Both the position numbers and the translations under genes were made by a program. A stretch of DNA of 63,866 nt, filler included, from Corallochytrium limacisporum Hawaii (taxonomy: Eukaryota; Protista; Pluriformea): NCBI GenBank assembly GCA_002811645.1. It is 5 parts of 5 records of this genome, joined end to end, with 100 filler letters (N's around TTAATTAATTAA, not from the genome) between each part and the next. Parts side by side here need not be neighbours in the genome. Positions count along the whole stretch, not along the records: positions 28,203 to 56,612 come from PDIP01000005.1; positions 56,713 to 63,866 come from PDIP01000256.1; 3 more parts are not named here. The stretch is one strand, 5' to 3'. The notes below the pieces were generated by a model, which was given only the letters and a program-made list of their open reading frames with translations, searched no databases and was not told the origin of the DNA. Numbering within the stretch: position 1 is the first letter of the stretch; each line of letters opens with the position of its first letter. Of the stretch, positions 47,240-56,804 are shown piece by piece.

Positions 47240-47996
47240 AGATCTCCGTTCACCCAAAACCATCACCAAACAACCCCTTAGTTTTACATACATATACTTT
47301 CTTATATCGTTTGGTACAATGCAGCAACTTTGTCGAGTTTGTCTGTCTCCAACCTCCATGGAAATGCTCATATGGCGGACACCGTAACGTTTCCTGTCCC
47401 CACTTGTAAACCTGAGTCCTTCTCCAATGCATCGTCATTCGAATCAGACAACAAGAGTTGAAAACAGAATCCCAGACTGCAAAAGTATTGATCTACTAAG
47501 CCTCGAGAACGAGCGACGGGGGGAGGCTGAAAGTAAAATATTGAACAATTGAGGATCTCCGCCCCCCGGCGCCGGGGGGGAAGAAGGGGATAGGGGGGAA
47601 GGGGGGGAAAGGAGACTGGTGACGCGAATTGTCCGAAGGAGACCCCTGAAGACGTTTACATTATTAGAGGCTTCCTCTCTGAAGATACCCCTCCCCCCAC
47701 CCTGGGGGAGATTAACGAGTGGGTGGACATTGGCCCACTCGGGGATGCGCGGTTTGAATGCTCTACAAGAAAGGATAAAGTCGGCCTTATGCACGGAATA
47801 ACCATAAGATAAAGCAACCAATTTACGAAACTTGAACTGGTTCTGGTACAAAGCAGACACAATCACCCGACGGCTTCGTGATAACAAGTTTGGGGCGAAT
47901 AGTTCTCAGCTCAAAGGTAATTGAAAGACTTGTAGAATCTGAAGACGAGGATCCACAAACCCAAGTACCTTGAACCCAAAAAGATACCGATCAACC

Positions 47997-50117
47997 ATGA
48001 CTGAACAAGACTACACGACAAACGCAGCTGAAATAGAGACCGAGACCGAGGGGGCTGAAACGCATAAGGCTGTAGCGGGTGAAGTTGAAAGTGACGGTGA
48101 TAACTTGCCCTCAGGCACAGCCACTGAACACCCGGAAACTGTCCGGTCAACGACTCACTTCTCCACTACCAATTTTCCCGACACTGTGCAGGGCTCCGTC
48201 GATGGTCGCATCTACAAATTCCTCAACGACGACAGTTACACGGCCCGCCATGATGCGCCGCTAATGCCGCCACCTCCAAAGGAATACGCTCCCCATACAA
48301 GCACCACGAAGAGCCCAGTGCGTACCATGTTGGCGAAGGCAATTGCCATTGGGCACATTTTTGCTGGTGGCTTCTACTTTTGGTACCGAATCAGCTATAC
48401 TCTGGGCACCTTTGTGCCTACCAGCCAAGAACAGGCCTTCCGGCGTGGAGAGGAACTGCCCACCAATGAGTATGCCTACCAGATCATCTTTCTGATGGCT
48501 GAAATGTACGCCTTTATTGTAGGTCTCTTTGTGTTTCTGGAGCATTGGAACCCCATCCAGCGCGATGCGACTGCTTTGTCAAAGTTGAAGGTACCTGTTC
48601 CCGAGAATGAGTTGCCCACTATTGCTGTATTCGTGCCAACCTACAAGGAACCTACCGCCATCGTGGAGTGCACGGTACGATCAGCTTTGAACATCAAGTA
48701 CCCTAAAGAGTTGCTCACGGTGTATCTCTGCGATGATGGTCGTATGAAGGAAAATGCAGCAATGGTCGAAAAATTGAACTCTGTCGGTTATGACAATCTG
48801 CATTATGTGATCCGAGATAATAACAGTCACGCCAAGGCTGGTAACTTGAACAATGCTTTGCGGTACACCAAATCAGATCTGGTTCTTATCTTTGATGCAG
48901 ACTTCCGCGCCCACACTGACTTCTTGGACAAGACCTTGCCATACTTCTACGAATACGACTACATCAACGACCGAATGATTTTCAACACTCGTGTCGGCTT
49001 TGTGCAGACCCCTCAGCTCTTCTTCAATGTAGATCAGCGCGAGGACCCTATGGACTGCAAGGCAACTCAATTCTTCGAGGTCATTTGTTCGTCTCGTGAT
49101 GGTGGCAACGCCACTGCATGTGTTGGTACCAACTTCATTGTATCTCGCATGGCACTGTCCGACATTGGGGGTTTTCCAACCTTCTCTGTAACAGAAGATG
49201 CAGCTATGGGTATGCTCATGCAATCTAAAGGCTACAAAGGCATCTACACTGGCGAGTACCTAGCCGTTGGTATCACTCCCACCACTTTGTCTGATGTCTT
49301 TCGACAACGCTCTCGTTGGTGCAAGGGCACATTCCAGATGATTTTTGACCGTCATAATTCCCCATTCGTGGTCAAAGGCCTGAAGATGACTCAGCGCCTG
49401 ATCTACATCGGAACTGGTCTAACTTACTCAATGGCTTTTCTTAACGTCTTCTTCATGGCTAGTTTGGGAATCTTCATCTTTGGTCAGATATTGCCGTTCG
49501 TCATGAACGATATGTTTGAATTTGCCCTTTACATCGTACCCTACCTGGCAACGCATTTTCTCTATGACCAGGTCATTGGAGGCTTCACCAAGTCCAGTGC
49601 CACGTCCTCTCAGAACACGTACGTGTTCTCCCAGATGTTCATGTACTATATCATGAAGAGCTGTGTCACTGCCGCCACTGGCTTGAAATTGTCTTTCAAG
49701 GTGACTAACAAGAAGGCAGATAATTCTTACTGGTCTGTGGTCAAAAATAACAGTCGCCGTGTCTGGTTCAATGTGTTGGTTCTCCTGTACTGCTGGACCG
49801 TTATCATCTATGGCTTCATAAGCCCCATCAACACGTACACCAAAACTGGTGAGCGTGATGAGGGTGGCGGTCTGCTCATGTATGTGTCCATCGCCATGGC
49901 TTTCTACTACATGTTTCCACACATCGTTGCTTTAGTTGTATGTTTCAAACCCATCAACTATCAAAAACCGTCCATCTACTGGACTTCCTTCCTGGCCAAT
50001 TTGCAAAAGTTCTTCCTCATGCTGGTGTTTGTCCTGATCATGTTCCAGGGGGCAGTTGTCTTCGCCGAGAACGAGGCCACCATTGATGCCCCTCAGAAGG
50101 CCTTCAATGCGGTCTGA
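47997..50117 (+). CDS. Cellulose-synthase-like processive GT2 glycosyltransferase B (BcsA/CesA-like)
   Basis: VPTYKEP, CDDGR, HAKAGNLN, FDADF, VQTPQ, VGTN, SVTED, QRSRW, FKVTNK. Same TM layout as paralogue A; no PilZ. First ATG at 47997. Confidence 0.93.
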   Translation: MTEQDYTTNAAEIETETEGAETHKAVAGEVESDGDNLPSGTATEHPETVRSTTHFSTTNFPDTVQGSVDGRIYKFLNDDSYTARHDAPLMPPPPKEYAPHTSTTKSPVRTMLAKAIAIGHIFAGGFYFWYRISYTLGTFVPTSQEQAFRRGEELPTNEYAYQIIFLMAEMYAFIVGLFVFLEHWNPIQRDATALSKLKVPVPENELPTIAVFVPTYKEPTAIVECTVRSALNIKYPKELLTVYLCDDGRMKENAAMVEKLNSVGYDNLHYVIRDNNSHAKAGNLNNALRYTKSDLVLIFDADFRAHTDFLDKTLPYFYEYDYINDRMIFNTRVGFVQTPQLFFNVDQREDPMDCKATQFFEVICSSRDGGNATACVGTNFIVSRMALSDIGGFPTFSVTEDAAMGMLMQSKGYKGIYTGEYLAVGITPTTLSDVFRQRSRWCKGTFQMIFDRHNSPFVVKGLKMTQRLIYIGTGLTYSMAFLNVFFMASLGIFIFGQILPFVMNDMFEFALYIVPYLATHFLYDQVIGGFTKSSATSSQNTYVFSQMFMYYIMKSCVTAATGLKLSFKVTNKKADNSYWSVVKNNSRRVWFNVLVLLYCWTVIIYGFISPINTYTKTGERDEGGGLLMYVSIAMAFYYMFPHIVALVVCFKPINYQKPSIYWTSFLANLQKFFLMLVFVLIMFQGAVVFAENEATIDAPQKAFNAV

Positions 50118-50902
50118 ATTGAAATTTGGACATATACAACGGCAATAAATCGGAACAAGACGGCAGCATGGCACAGACCTATTGCGTAGACATCTTCCAT
50201 ACGCAAAATAAAAACTCAGCACCATGTTCATCACCACCCCATTGTCCTTGTAGCCGGTTTGTCCCAACAAGTGCTTGCATGGACTCTGAGCAATATGAGG
50301 AGAAACTATCACGCCAGCCAGATAAAAACAATTGCTGCGCGCTTGCTCGATATACAACCCCTGCTCCCTTCGGAGTCAGGATTCGGGGTCATCACGCCGA
50401 AACACAGGCCAGTCTCAACGCCAAGAGCGTGGTACACGCTTGAATATGGACTTCGATGGACGATTGAGAAAACATTGATGTTGAAATAAATCACGATCAC
50501 TTTATGCAGCTTAAAATGATTTCCTGTGCTCCCTCCTTATGATCAATATATCTTGTTTCTCGCCGGACAATTTGGGTTCTTTCGCCTGGACTTGTGTGCG
50601 CTCCGAGGAGGGGAGAAAGCTGGGAAGGGCACTCTTCCCAATCTGACTTTGTCCAGGGCCCGGACGAAGCGAACGCAGAGGCAGAGACCGCAGGACCGAG
50701 GGGCTTCGCGGGTCCCCGCTCTGGAGAGGGGGAAAAGCAAAGTGGCAAGAACAAGAGGAGAATGGCATTTATAACCTGCAAGCGAGGCTTCACTGTCTCC
50801 ATCACCATCAACCATTAACCAGCAAAACTTCGCTTTAACACTGGTACATGTATGATCATAGAGTTCATTGACATGGAGTGGGAGGTGCTAAGTCATACAA
50901 TC

Positions 50903-50911
50903 GTATTTAAG
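50903..50911 (+). promoter_or_regulatory. TATA-like box
   Basis: GTATTTAAG 105 bp upstream of ATG 51008; the identical 9-mer lies 104 bp upstream of ATG 62639. Confidence 0.55.
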
Positions 50912-51007
50912 GCAAAGGAGGCATAACAAGTATGGGGACGTAAATCGTCAGAAATCCACACGGTTCTCTGACCAACACTTGGAATATCAGAGATACTGAC
51001 TGGAAAA

Positions 51008-54000
51008 ATGGCCCCTCCTCAAGATCAGAATAGCAATGGAGGTGCTATGGACGCCGCCATGGATTCAGTGGCCGACATTGTTCCCAAGGTGGAGGAAGAG
51101 ACCTACAATACCAAAACGCCCAAGAGGGGACGTCGAGTTCTCGGATGGGTGAAGATCTTGTTGGCCATATCTTCATTCCTGTTCATCGTCGTCATGCTGA
51201 TAATTAATTTATTCACTTGGATTGATCTGAGCAAGCGCTTATCCGCGGTATCCGTTGAATGTGCTGACATTTCAGTTCAAGGTTTCCAGCTTGTCAACCC
51301 GAACAGCAATCACTTAACTCTCCGTGCTCAGTTGCAGGTGGGTAATCCTGGCACACAGTCTCTGCTGCTACAGGAAACTGAGGTTGAAGTCTACGATGAA
51401 ATTACGGGACATTTGGTTGGAACGTACAAATTTCCTGCTTTCGCACTGGGTGCTACGTCAACTTCCGTAGTGAGCACGGAGGCCGACTTGCGCGTTTTGG
51501 AGCCCGATCTAATGGCTTCACAGCTGAGCAAGCTGTACCAAGGCACTGATCTGCATTGGCGCTTCCGTGCTGTCAACGTTCCCACCATTGTAAATTCGGC
51601 TATGACCCTGGGTGCTACCACTTTCTCCGGCATTGACAAAGTTGTTGTTCTCCAAGGTGGCAATGAGTCAGTGTTCTACGCCCGCAATCTGGAATTCACT
51701 GCCGGTACTGCCCACTACGTTAACATCTCGTCAACTGTGCTCATCGACGAAACCATGCCATACGCAACACTGATCGACAAGGTTGAGACAACATTCGATC
51801 TCGAAGTTGAGGGTCGTAACGGTCCGGGCTCTCGAATCAAGATCGGCAGCATTACTTTTCCCGAGATTGCTTTCGGTGTTCCGCGCTCCTTCTTCGAGAA
51901 TGTCACTATTCAGTTAATGCATATTAGCCCCGTGAATGCAGTTTCTGGTTCAAGGCAGCGCGTGTCTAATGTTCCCGACTACAATGAATACGTTGCTGAT
52001 CTTTTAGGTGACCTGCTTGCTGCTCGTGAGGTCACTGTACACATGGTTGGTCCCGTGGCCGGGTTTCGTGCTTCATATTTCGTGGGTGTTGTGAACAGTG
52101 TTCTCAAACTGAAGCTTGGTAGTATTGACGTCAAAGAAATTCTGTCTGGAGGTCAGACAGTGCAAGATCGTCAGCGGGGCGGTGTTGGTACAAACAAGCC
52201 CCTTACCAACAGCAACGGTTTGACTATCGAAGACACAACTAATCTGCAGAGTAGTGACGCTGGTGCTGCCCTACCCGTCCTCATTAAGTCCACTACCCTG
52301 GAATCGGAGCGCTCACTTCTTGATATGGGTGCCAAGCCTGTGAATATCTACAGTGACGAAGATTCCGCAGGCACTGCTGACGAGAACGCCATTCTTGTAA
52401 CCCTCAACGACCCCGTCTGGACAAAGATGACTCTGGCTTTTCGCAATGTGCTCAATAAGCACATCAACTATCAATTTACCCGTATTCGCGTGCATTCTGT
52501 TTATCCCACAGGATTCAACTATGACCGAGCGGATGAACTGGCAGCAACGTCACAGGACAATAATGTTCCCCTGCTGGGTGTCTCTCTGGACGAATGTGAA
52601 GCCCAATCTGACTTTGGTTCTATGGTTATGGCCAAAGGATCTACAGCGACTTTGGAGCCAAATGCGTTCGGCTCGGTGGACTTTGCTCTCACTCCTCAGG
52701 AGACTGACAAATGCATTCGGCACCGAATCGATGCGGCTTGTTGTGCTCTAACATACGGTGGTCATGACATCCAGTCCATCCCGCTAGATGTCACCATGAG
52801 CTTTACCATGCGCTATGAAGCCTTTGCTGTGCCGCTCTCTCTCCGCGTTACCAACTTGCCCATGTACTGTGCTTCCAACACTGTCTGGTTTAACAATATT
52901 TGCCAAAAGCGAGTTAGGGATACATGCTTCACTGCTCACCACGGTCAGAAATGTGATGCCCAGACCAAAATTCAGCTGGGTCCCTACGGCATCATTTCCG
53001 GCGGCAAGTCCCCAGACAATGACTTTAATGGCATTGATCGAACTGACAACGAAAATGCAGATGCAACAGTAAACTACAATGATTTGGTGTTCAATGGAGG
53101 AGTATGTGATGGCCAGGGAAATGATCAGTACGGTTTTGGATACTTGTACCCTTCCGATGACTGTATCGATTGGGCCAACTCTGGCAATGCCACCAACCTT
53201 GCAGGCGACGGATGCTACCAGAATCTGGATACACTGGAAGTATGTGGTAGGTGCTGGATCCCCGAGAGCCACTTTGGTGTCATCCCAGAGAATGCCACCG
53301 TTTGTCCACAGAACGTGTATCGTCACTACAATATTGACCCCTCTGCCGAGGCTGATCTTACACCCGGTACCAAGCTTGATCAGCGCAGTGCCGGGTTAAT
53401 CGATGCCGACTCCTTTGTTAACCAAGGCATTGACCAGCAGTGCACTCGAGCTGGTTTCCCCGGTCTGTTGCAAATGGGATTCTACGCCTGGCAGACGCAG
53501 TACAGTGGTGAACTTCCTCAGGACTATATGGTGCCTTGGCGTCAGATCACAGGCATGCAAGACCTCTATTCAGGTCCCGGGCATGCGTACAATCTGTCTG
53601 GCGGTCTTTTTGATGCCGGTGATGGTCTCAAGGTTACTGGCCCGATGGCTTACGCCGTGACTATGCTGGCTTGGTCTGGTATTGAGAATCGTAATGCCTA
53701 TGCGAGCACTGGCCAGATGGATATGCTTCTTCAAGGGGTAGATCACACCATCACGTATCTCATGGAATGCTCTAAACGCATCGAAGCGGCTGCGGAAAAG
53801 CAAGAGGGCAAGAACCTAGTGGTAATGGTTGGAGATCCCGACTTTTATCATGATGTCTGGGAGCGCAATGAGGATATCATGAAGCACCTTCTTAACAGTG
53901 ATGATGAGGATGATGTTTTGTTGGCCAATCCACTCAAACCGGCTGCCGATGTTGCTGCTGATGTGGCCGCCGCTCTCACTGCTGCTGCCATGTTGTATCG

Positions 54001-54937
54001 CCAAGAAAGCTACAAGACTGACTTGACTGAACAAATGGACAACCGTGCACTGCTCCTTCTAGATTTTGCCCATACATTCCCCGGAGTGGCAGCCGACTCC
54101 TTCCCCTCTGTTGCCGCCACGTACAACAATGTTGACTACAAGGATGAGATTGCTTGGGCCTTGTCTTGGTTCCGGTATGCTGATCTTGGAGGCACGCACC
54201 AGGAGCGGATAAATTCCCTGGACTCGTTCTACATGGGGTCACTCTTAAATAGTGAAAACCGTCCCTACCACAATCTGAGCTGGGAAAACAAATGGCTCGG
54301 TGTCCTCGCCATCCAGGCTCGGGCACGCGCCGAAGATTCTTATATTCAATCTGCTGTGACCCAATTAACGCGATGGATCTACTTACACCCGGATAGTGAA
54401 ACTGAGCAGTCACTGGTCAATCTCATCAGAGCAGTTCCCAGCCGAGAGACTGACGTTGAAAACATTCCCTACACTCCTGGAGGTCTGGCCTATCCTGTAA
54501 ACTTCTCTCCTCTATCTAATGTCGCCGCCGCAAGTTTCATTGCCAATGTCATTGCGACCCAGATAGAACAAGAAAATGGCGGAGCTGGGATTGCCCCTGG
54601 TCTACGTTTTTGGGCCCGCAATCAGTTTGATTACATCATAGGGCAGAATCCGGAAGGTATTTCCCTAATTGTTGGTTATACTGAGAAATATCCGCTCCGC
54701 CTGCACCACCGTGGATCTTCTTGTCCTTCTGATGGCACGGAGTGTGACGACAGCTACCTAAAAAGCCCTACAGCTGACCTTAACCCGATATACGGCATGA
54801 TGACTGGAGGCGTCAAAGAAGATGACGCCTACAGCACTCTTTCCCGAGAGGACTACCAGCTTACCGAGCCCACCACTCACGGACAGGGTGCATGGATTGC
54901 ACTCTTATCATCCACCATCGAAACCTGTACCGCCTGA
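51008..54937 (+). CDS. Membrane-anchored GH9 endo-1,4-beta-glucanase fused to a LEA_2/DUF3712-like companion module (1309 aa)
   Basis: N-terminal TM (ILLAISSFLFIVVMLIINLFTWI), LEA_2-like LTLRAQLQVGNPG...VGTYKFPAF, six-Cys signature, Cys-rich linker. GH9 domain: TQYSGELP..VPWR, LSGGLFDAGD, DYKDEIAWA, LIVGY..HHRGSSCP, REDYQLTE. Confidence 0.92.
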   Translation: MAPPQDQNSNGGAMDAAMDSVADIVPKVEEETYNTKTPKRGRRVLGWVKILLAISSFLFIVVMLIINLFTWIDLSKRLSAVSVECADISVQGFQLVNPNSNHLTLRAQLQVGNPGTQSLLLQETEVEVYDEITGHLVGTYKFPAFALGATSTSVVSTEADLRVLEPDLMASQLSKLYQGTDLHWRFRAVNVPTIVNSAMTLGATTFSGIDKVVVLQGGNESVFYARNLEFTAGTAHYVNISSTVLIDETMPYATLIDKVETTFDLEVEGRNGPGSRIKIGSITFPEIAFGVPRSFFENVTIQLMHISPVNAVSGSRQRVSNVPDYNEYVADLLGDLLAAREVTVHMVGPVAGFRASYFVGVVNSVLKLKLGSIDVKEILSGGQTVQDRQRGGVGTNKPLTNSNGLTIEDTTNLQSSDAGAALPVLIKSTTLESERSLLDMGAKPVNIYSDEDSAGTADENAILVTLNDPVWTKMTLAFRNVLNKHINYQFTRIRVHSVYPTGFNYDRADELAATSQDNNVPLLGVSLDECEAQSDFGSMVMAKGSTATLEPNAFGSVDFALTPQETDKCIRHRIDAACCALTYGGHDIQSIPLDVTMSFTMRYEAFAVPLSLRVTNLPMYCASNTVWFNNICQKRVRDTCFTAHHGQKCDAQTKIQLGPYGIISGGKSPDNDFNGIDRTDNENADATVNYNDLVFNGGVCDGQGNDQYGFGYLYPSDDCIDWANSGNATNLAGDGCYQNLDTLEVCGRCWIPESHFGVIPENATVCPQNVYRHYNIDPSAEADLTPGTKLDQRSAGLIDADSFVNQGIDQQCTRAGFPGLLQMGFYAWQTQYSGELPQDYMVPWRQITGMQDLYSGPGHAYNLSGGLFDAGDGLKVTGPMAYAVTMLAWSGIENRNAYASTGQMDMLLQGVDHTITYLMECSKRIEAAAEKQEGKNLVVMVGDPDFYHDVWERNEDIMKHLLNSDDEDDVLLANPLKPAADVAADVAAALTAAAMLYRQESYKTDLTEQMDNRALLLLDFAHTFPGVAADSFPSVAATYNNVDYKDEIAWALSWFRYADLGGTHQERINSLDSFYMGSLLNSENRPYHNLSWENKWLGVLAIQARARAEDSYIQSAVTQLTRWIYLHPDSETEQSLVNLIRAVPSRETDVENIPYTPGGLAYPVNFSPLSNVAAASFIANVIATQIEQENGGAGIAPGLRFWARNQFDYIIGQNPEGISLIVGYTEKYPLRLHHRGSSCPSDGTECDDSYLKSPTADLNPIYGMMTGGVKEDDAYSTLSREDYQLTEPTTHGQGAWIALLSSTIETCTA

Positions 54938-55285
54938 AAACAGCTCACCATATTCCGTTACACTGCTGCGCGATCACATAAACTTTCTAGCAGTGTAACA
55001 CATTCGTATGATTTGTTGACTTTTGGATCTGCGCGTGTGTGATCATGTGTGTGTTTCTCTACTATTGCTCTACTTCTCACTATATAGACAGCGGTTGTTG
55101 AAGAATCCCACCGTGAAGGCCTTGCCCGAATCGGCACTAGGAATCGCGAGGTAGAGTTTCAGATCACATGGAAATCAGATACATTAATGTATTGATAGTA
55201 CGTAAAGAAGTTATAGGAATGAAATTCAAACTGCGTTATGTGCGTAAGTCTTCTTCCTGATCTAGCAGACAATACAAAATGACGG

Positions 55286-56020
55286 CTATGCAAGCGACAT
55301 GACAACAACTATAGCAAGACCAACAGTGGCGATATGGGCAATCTGGTCCCTAGAGCCTGCAGAGTTTGAAGGCAGAGTGAAGTCTGGTTTAAACTGAGGT
55401 TTAAATTGTTCGATTTCGCTCATCTTGATCATAACATAGTATTCGTTATCCTGAACGAACTTCAAATCGATTGGATTGTTCCACAGATATCCCTTGCCAT
55501 CGGCGTCGAACACCCAAAGCTCTCGGCCAAAGTCGGGACTAATATCCAAACATCCTTCTTTGTATCGGTTTGGAGGAATGCTTTCTGTGACTGGGATCAG
55601 GTCACGCCACAGATTCTTGGTGAGAGGAGTTACGATGAAGGGACTGTCATTGAAGATGCCCACTTTCATTGTGATGTCGCTTCTGCCGACGCACTCATCA
55701 ATGACATCTGTGTCAGACAGACGGCCAAGCTCGTTGATGTCGACGGGTTGAAAGACCGCAGTCCAGTCATCACTGTCATTGGGGTTGTACAGAAGGTTGA
55801 TGTCGTACAGGCCATCTCCTCCGTCGTTGGGAACGGGGTCTTCCTGTTTTCCTTCATCAAGAAGGTCAGTGAGCAAAGCGGACAATGTCTTATCAGGAAG
55901 GGCTTCAATTTGTTCCCGAGTTTGTTCTTCAGCTGTAGGGGCATTGTTGACATCTTGGGCCCTACCGATGCCGGCTAGAACAGCTGAAACAACCAAAGCA
56001 TGCCAGAGACCATAAACCAT
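55286..56020 (-). CDS. Secreted, probably GPI-anchored acidic protein (~244 aa)
   Basis: MVYGLWHALVVSAVLAGIGRA signal peptide (ATG at 56020). C-terminal small-residue site SNSAG followed by a hydrophobic tail (IATVGLAIVVVMSLA) with no cytosolic residues. Confidence 0.78.
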   Translation of the reverse strand: MVYGLWHALVVSAVLAGIGRAQDVNNAPTAEEQTREQIEALPDKTLSALLTDLLDEGKQEDPVPNDGGDGLYDINLLYNPNDSDDWTAVFQPVDINELGRLSDTDVIDECVGRSDITMKVGIFNDSPFIVTPLTKNLWRDLIPVTESIPPNRYKEGCLDISPDFGRELWVFDADGKGYLWNNPIDLKFVQDNEYYVMIKMSEIEQFKPQFKPDFTLPSNSAGSRDQIAHIATVGLAIVVVMSLA

Positions 56021-56769
56021 TCTGTTTTCATTCGAGTGCGCTGTGGATCTGCTGCAGAGCATACAATGTCCGCCCTTAAACCCTTGAAAGAGATGCTTGA
56101 ACATTAGATCACCACTTTTTTGTCGCAATCATAAGCGGTGAACCCAACTACGCGATCGTCATCAGTTCACCAGTAAATACCCATAGAGTAAACCCCGCTC
56201 AGGATTAGCACCGACATGGAAGGAGAAAAGCAGAGAATGTTTAACACAAGGTCTGCATTATCTGATCTTGAGGTAGGTAATTACATTTTGCAAATTCACT
56301 TGATGAAACACTTTTACGCGGGATACGAAGATAATTCAACGGAAAGTCAATACGTCATTTATTGGGGTCAGGAAACAAGCTGATGCCCATTCGCCCATCA
56401 AATCTGGTGCCTTTCCCCCTTCGTCCCATTAATGGAATGCTTTTCCGCTTCCCATGACCTCTATTGCGGAAGTCGTTAGTGCATAGGTAAAATTGAGGTA
56501 TTGGCAAGCAGACCAATATAGACAGCAATTGATTGGTGTAGCTGAAGACAATCAGATTTAAGATCAAATTCGAGACAAATCGGTCAAGAGGGAAGGTGCG
56601 GCTAGGGTTAGGNNNNNNNNNNNNNNNNNNNNNNNNNNNNNNNNNNNNNNNNNNNNTTAATTAATTAANNNNNNNNNNNNNNNNNNNNNNNNNNNNNNNN
56701 NNNNNNNNNNNNTAAAATGAGTTACTAAATCACGATTAAAAAGTGTGATCGGGGTTCTCGTTTTCGTGC

Positions 56770-56804
56770 GATTTGTCTCATACTTAGGAGACAGAGGGTG
56801 GTAC
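56770..56804 (+). repeat. 35-bp contig-end motif, copy 4
   Basis: GATTTG TCTC ATACTT AGGAGA CAGAGG GTGGTAC, 57 bp from the gap. Confidence 0.8.

Noticed and set aside
39361-54937. Bacterial contamination as the source of the synthase cluster
   Set aside because: Contiguous with the eukaryotic ARIH1/P450 genes, mixed strands, long spacers, TATA-like promoter, and no PilZ, BcsB or BcsC.
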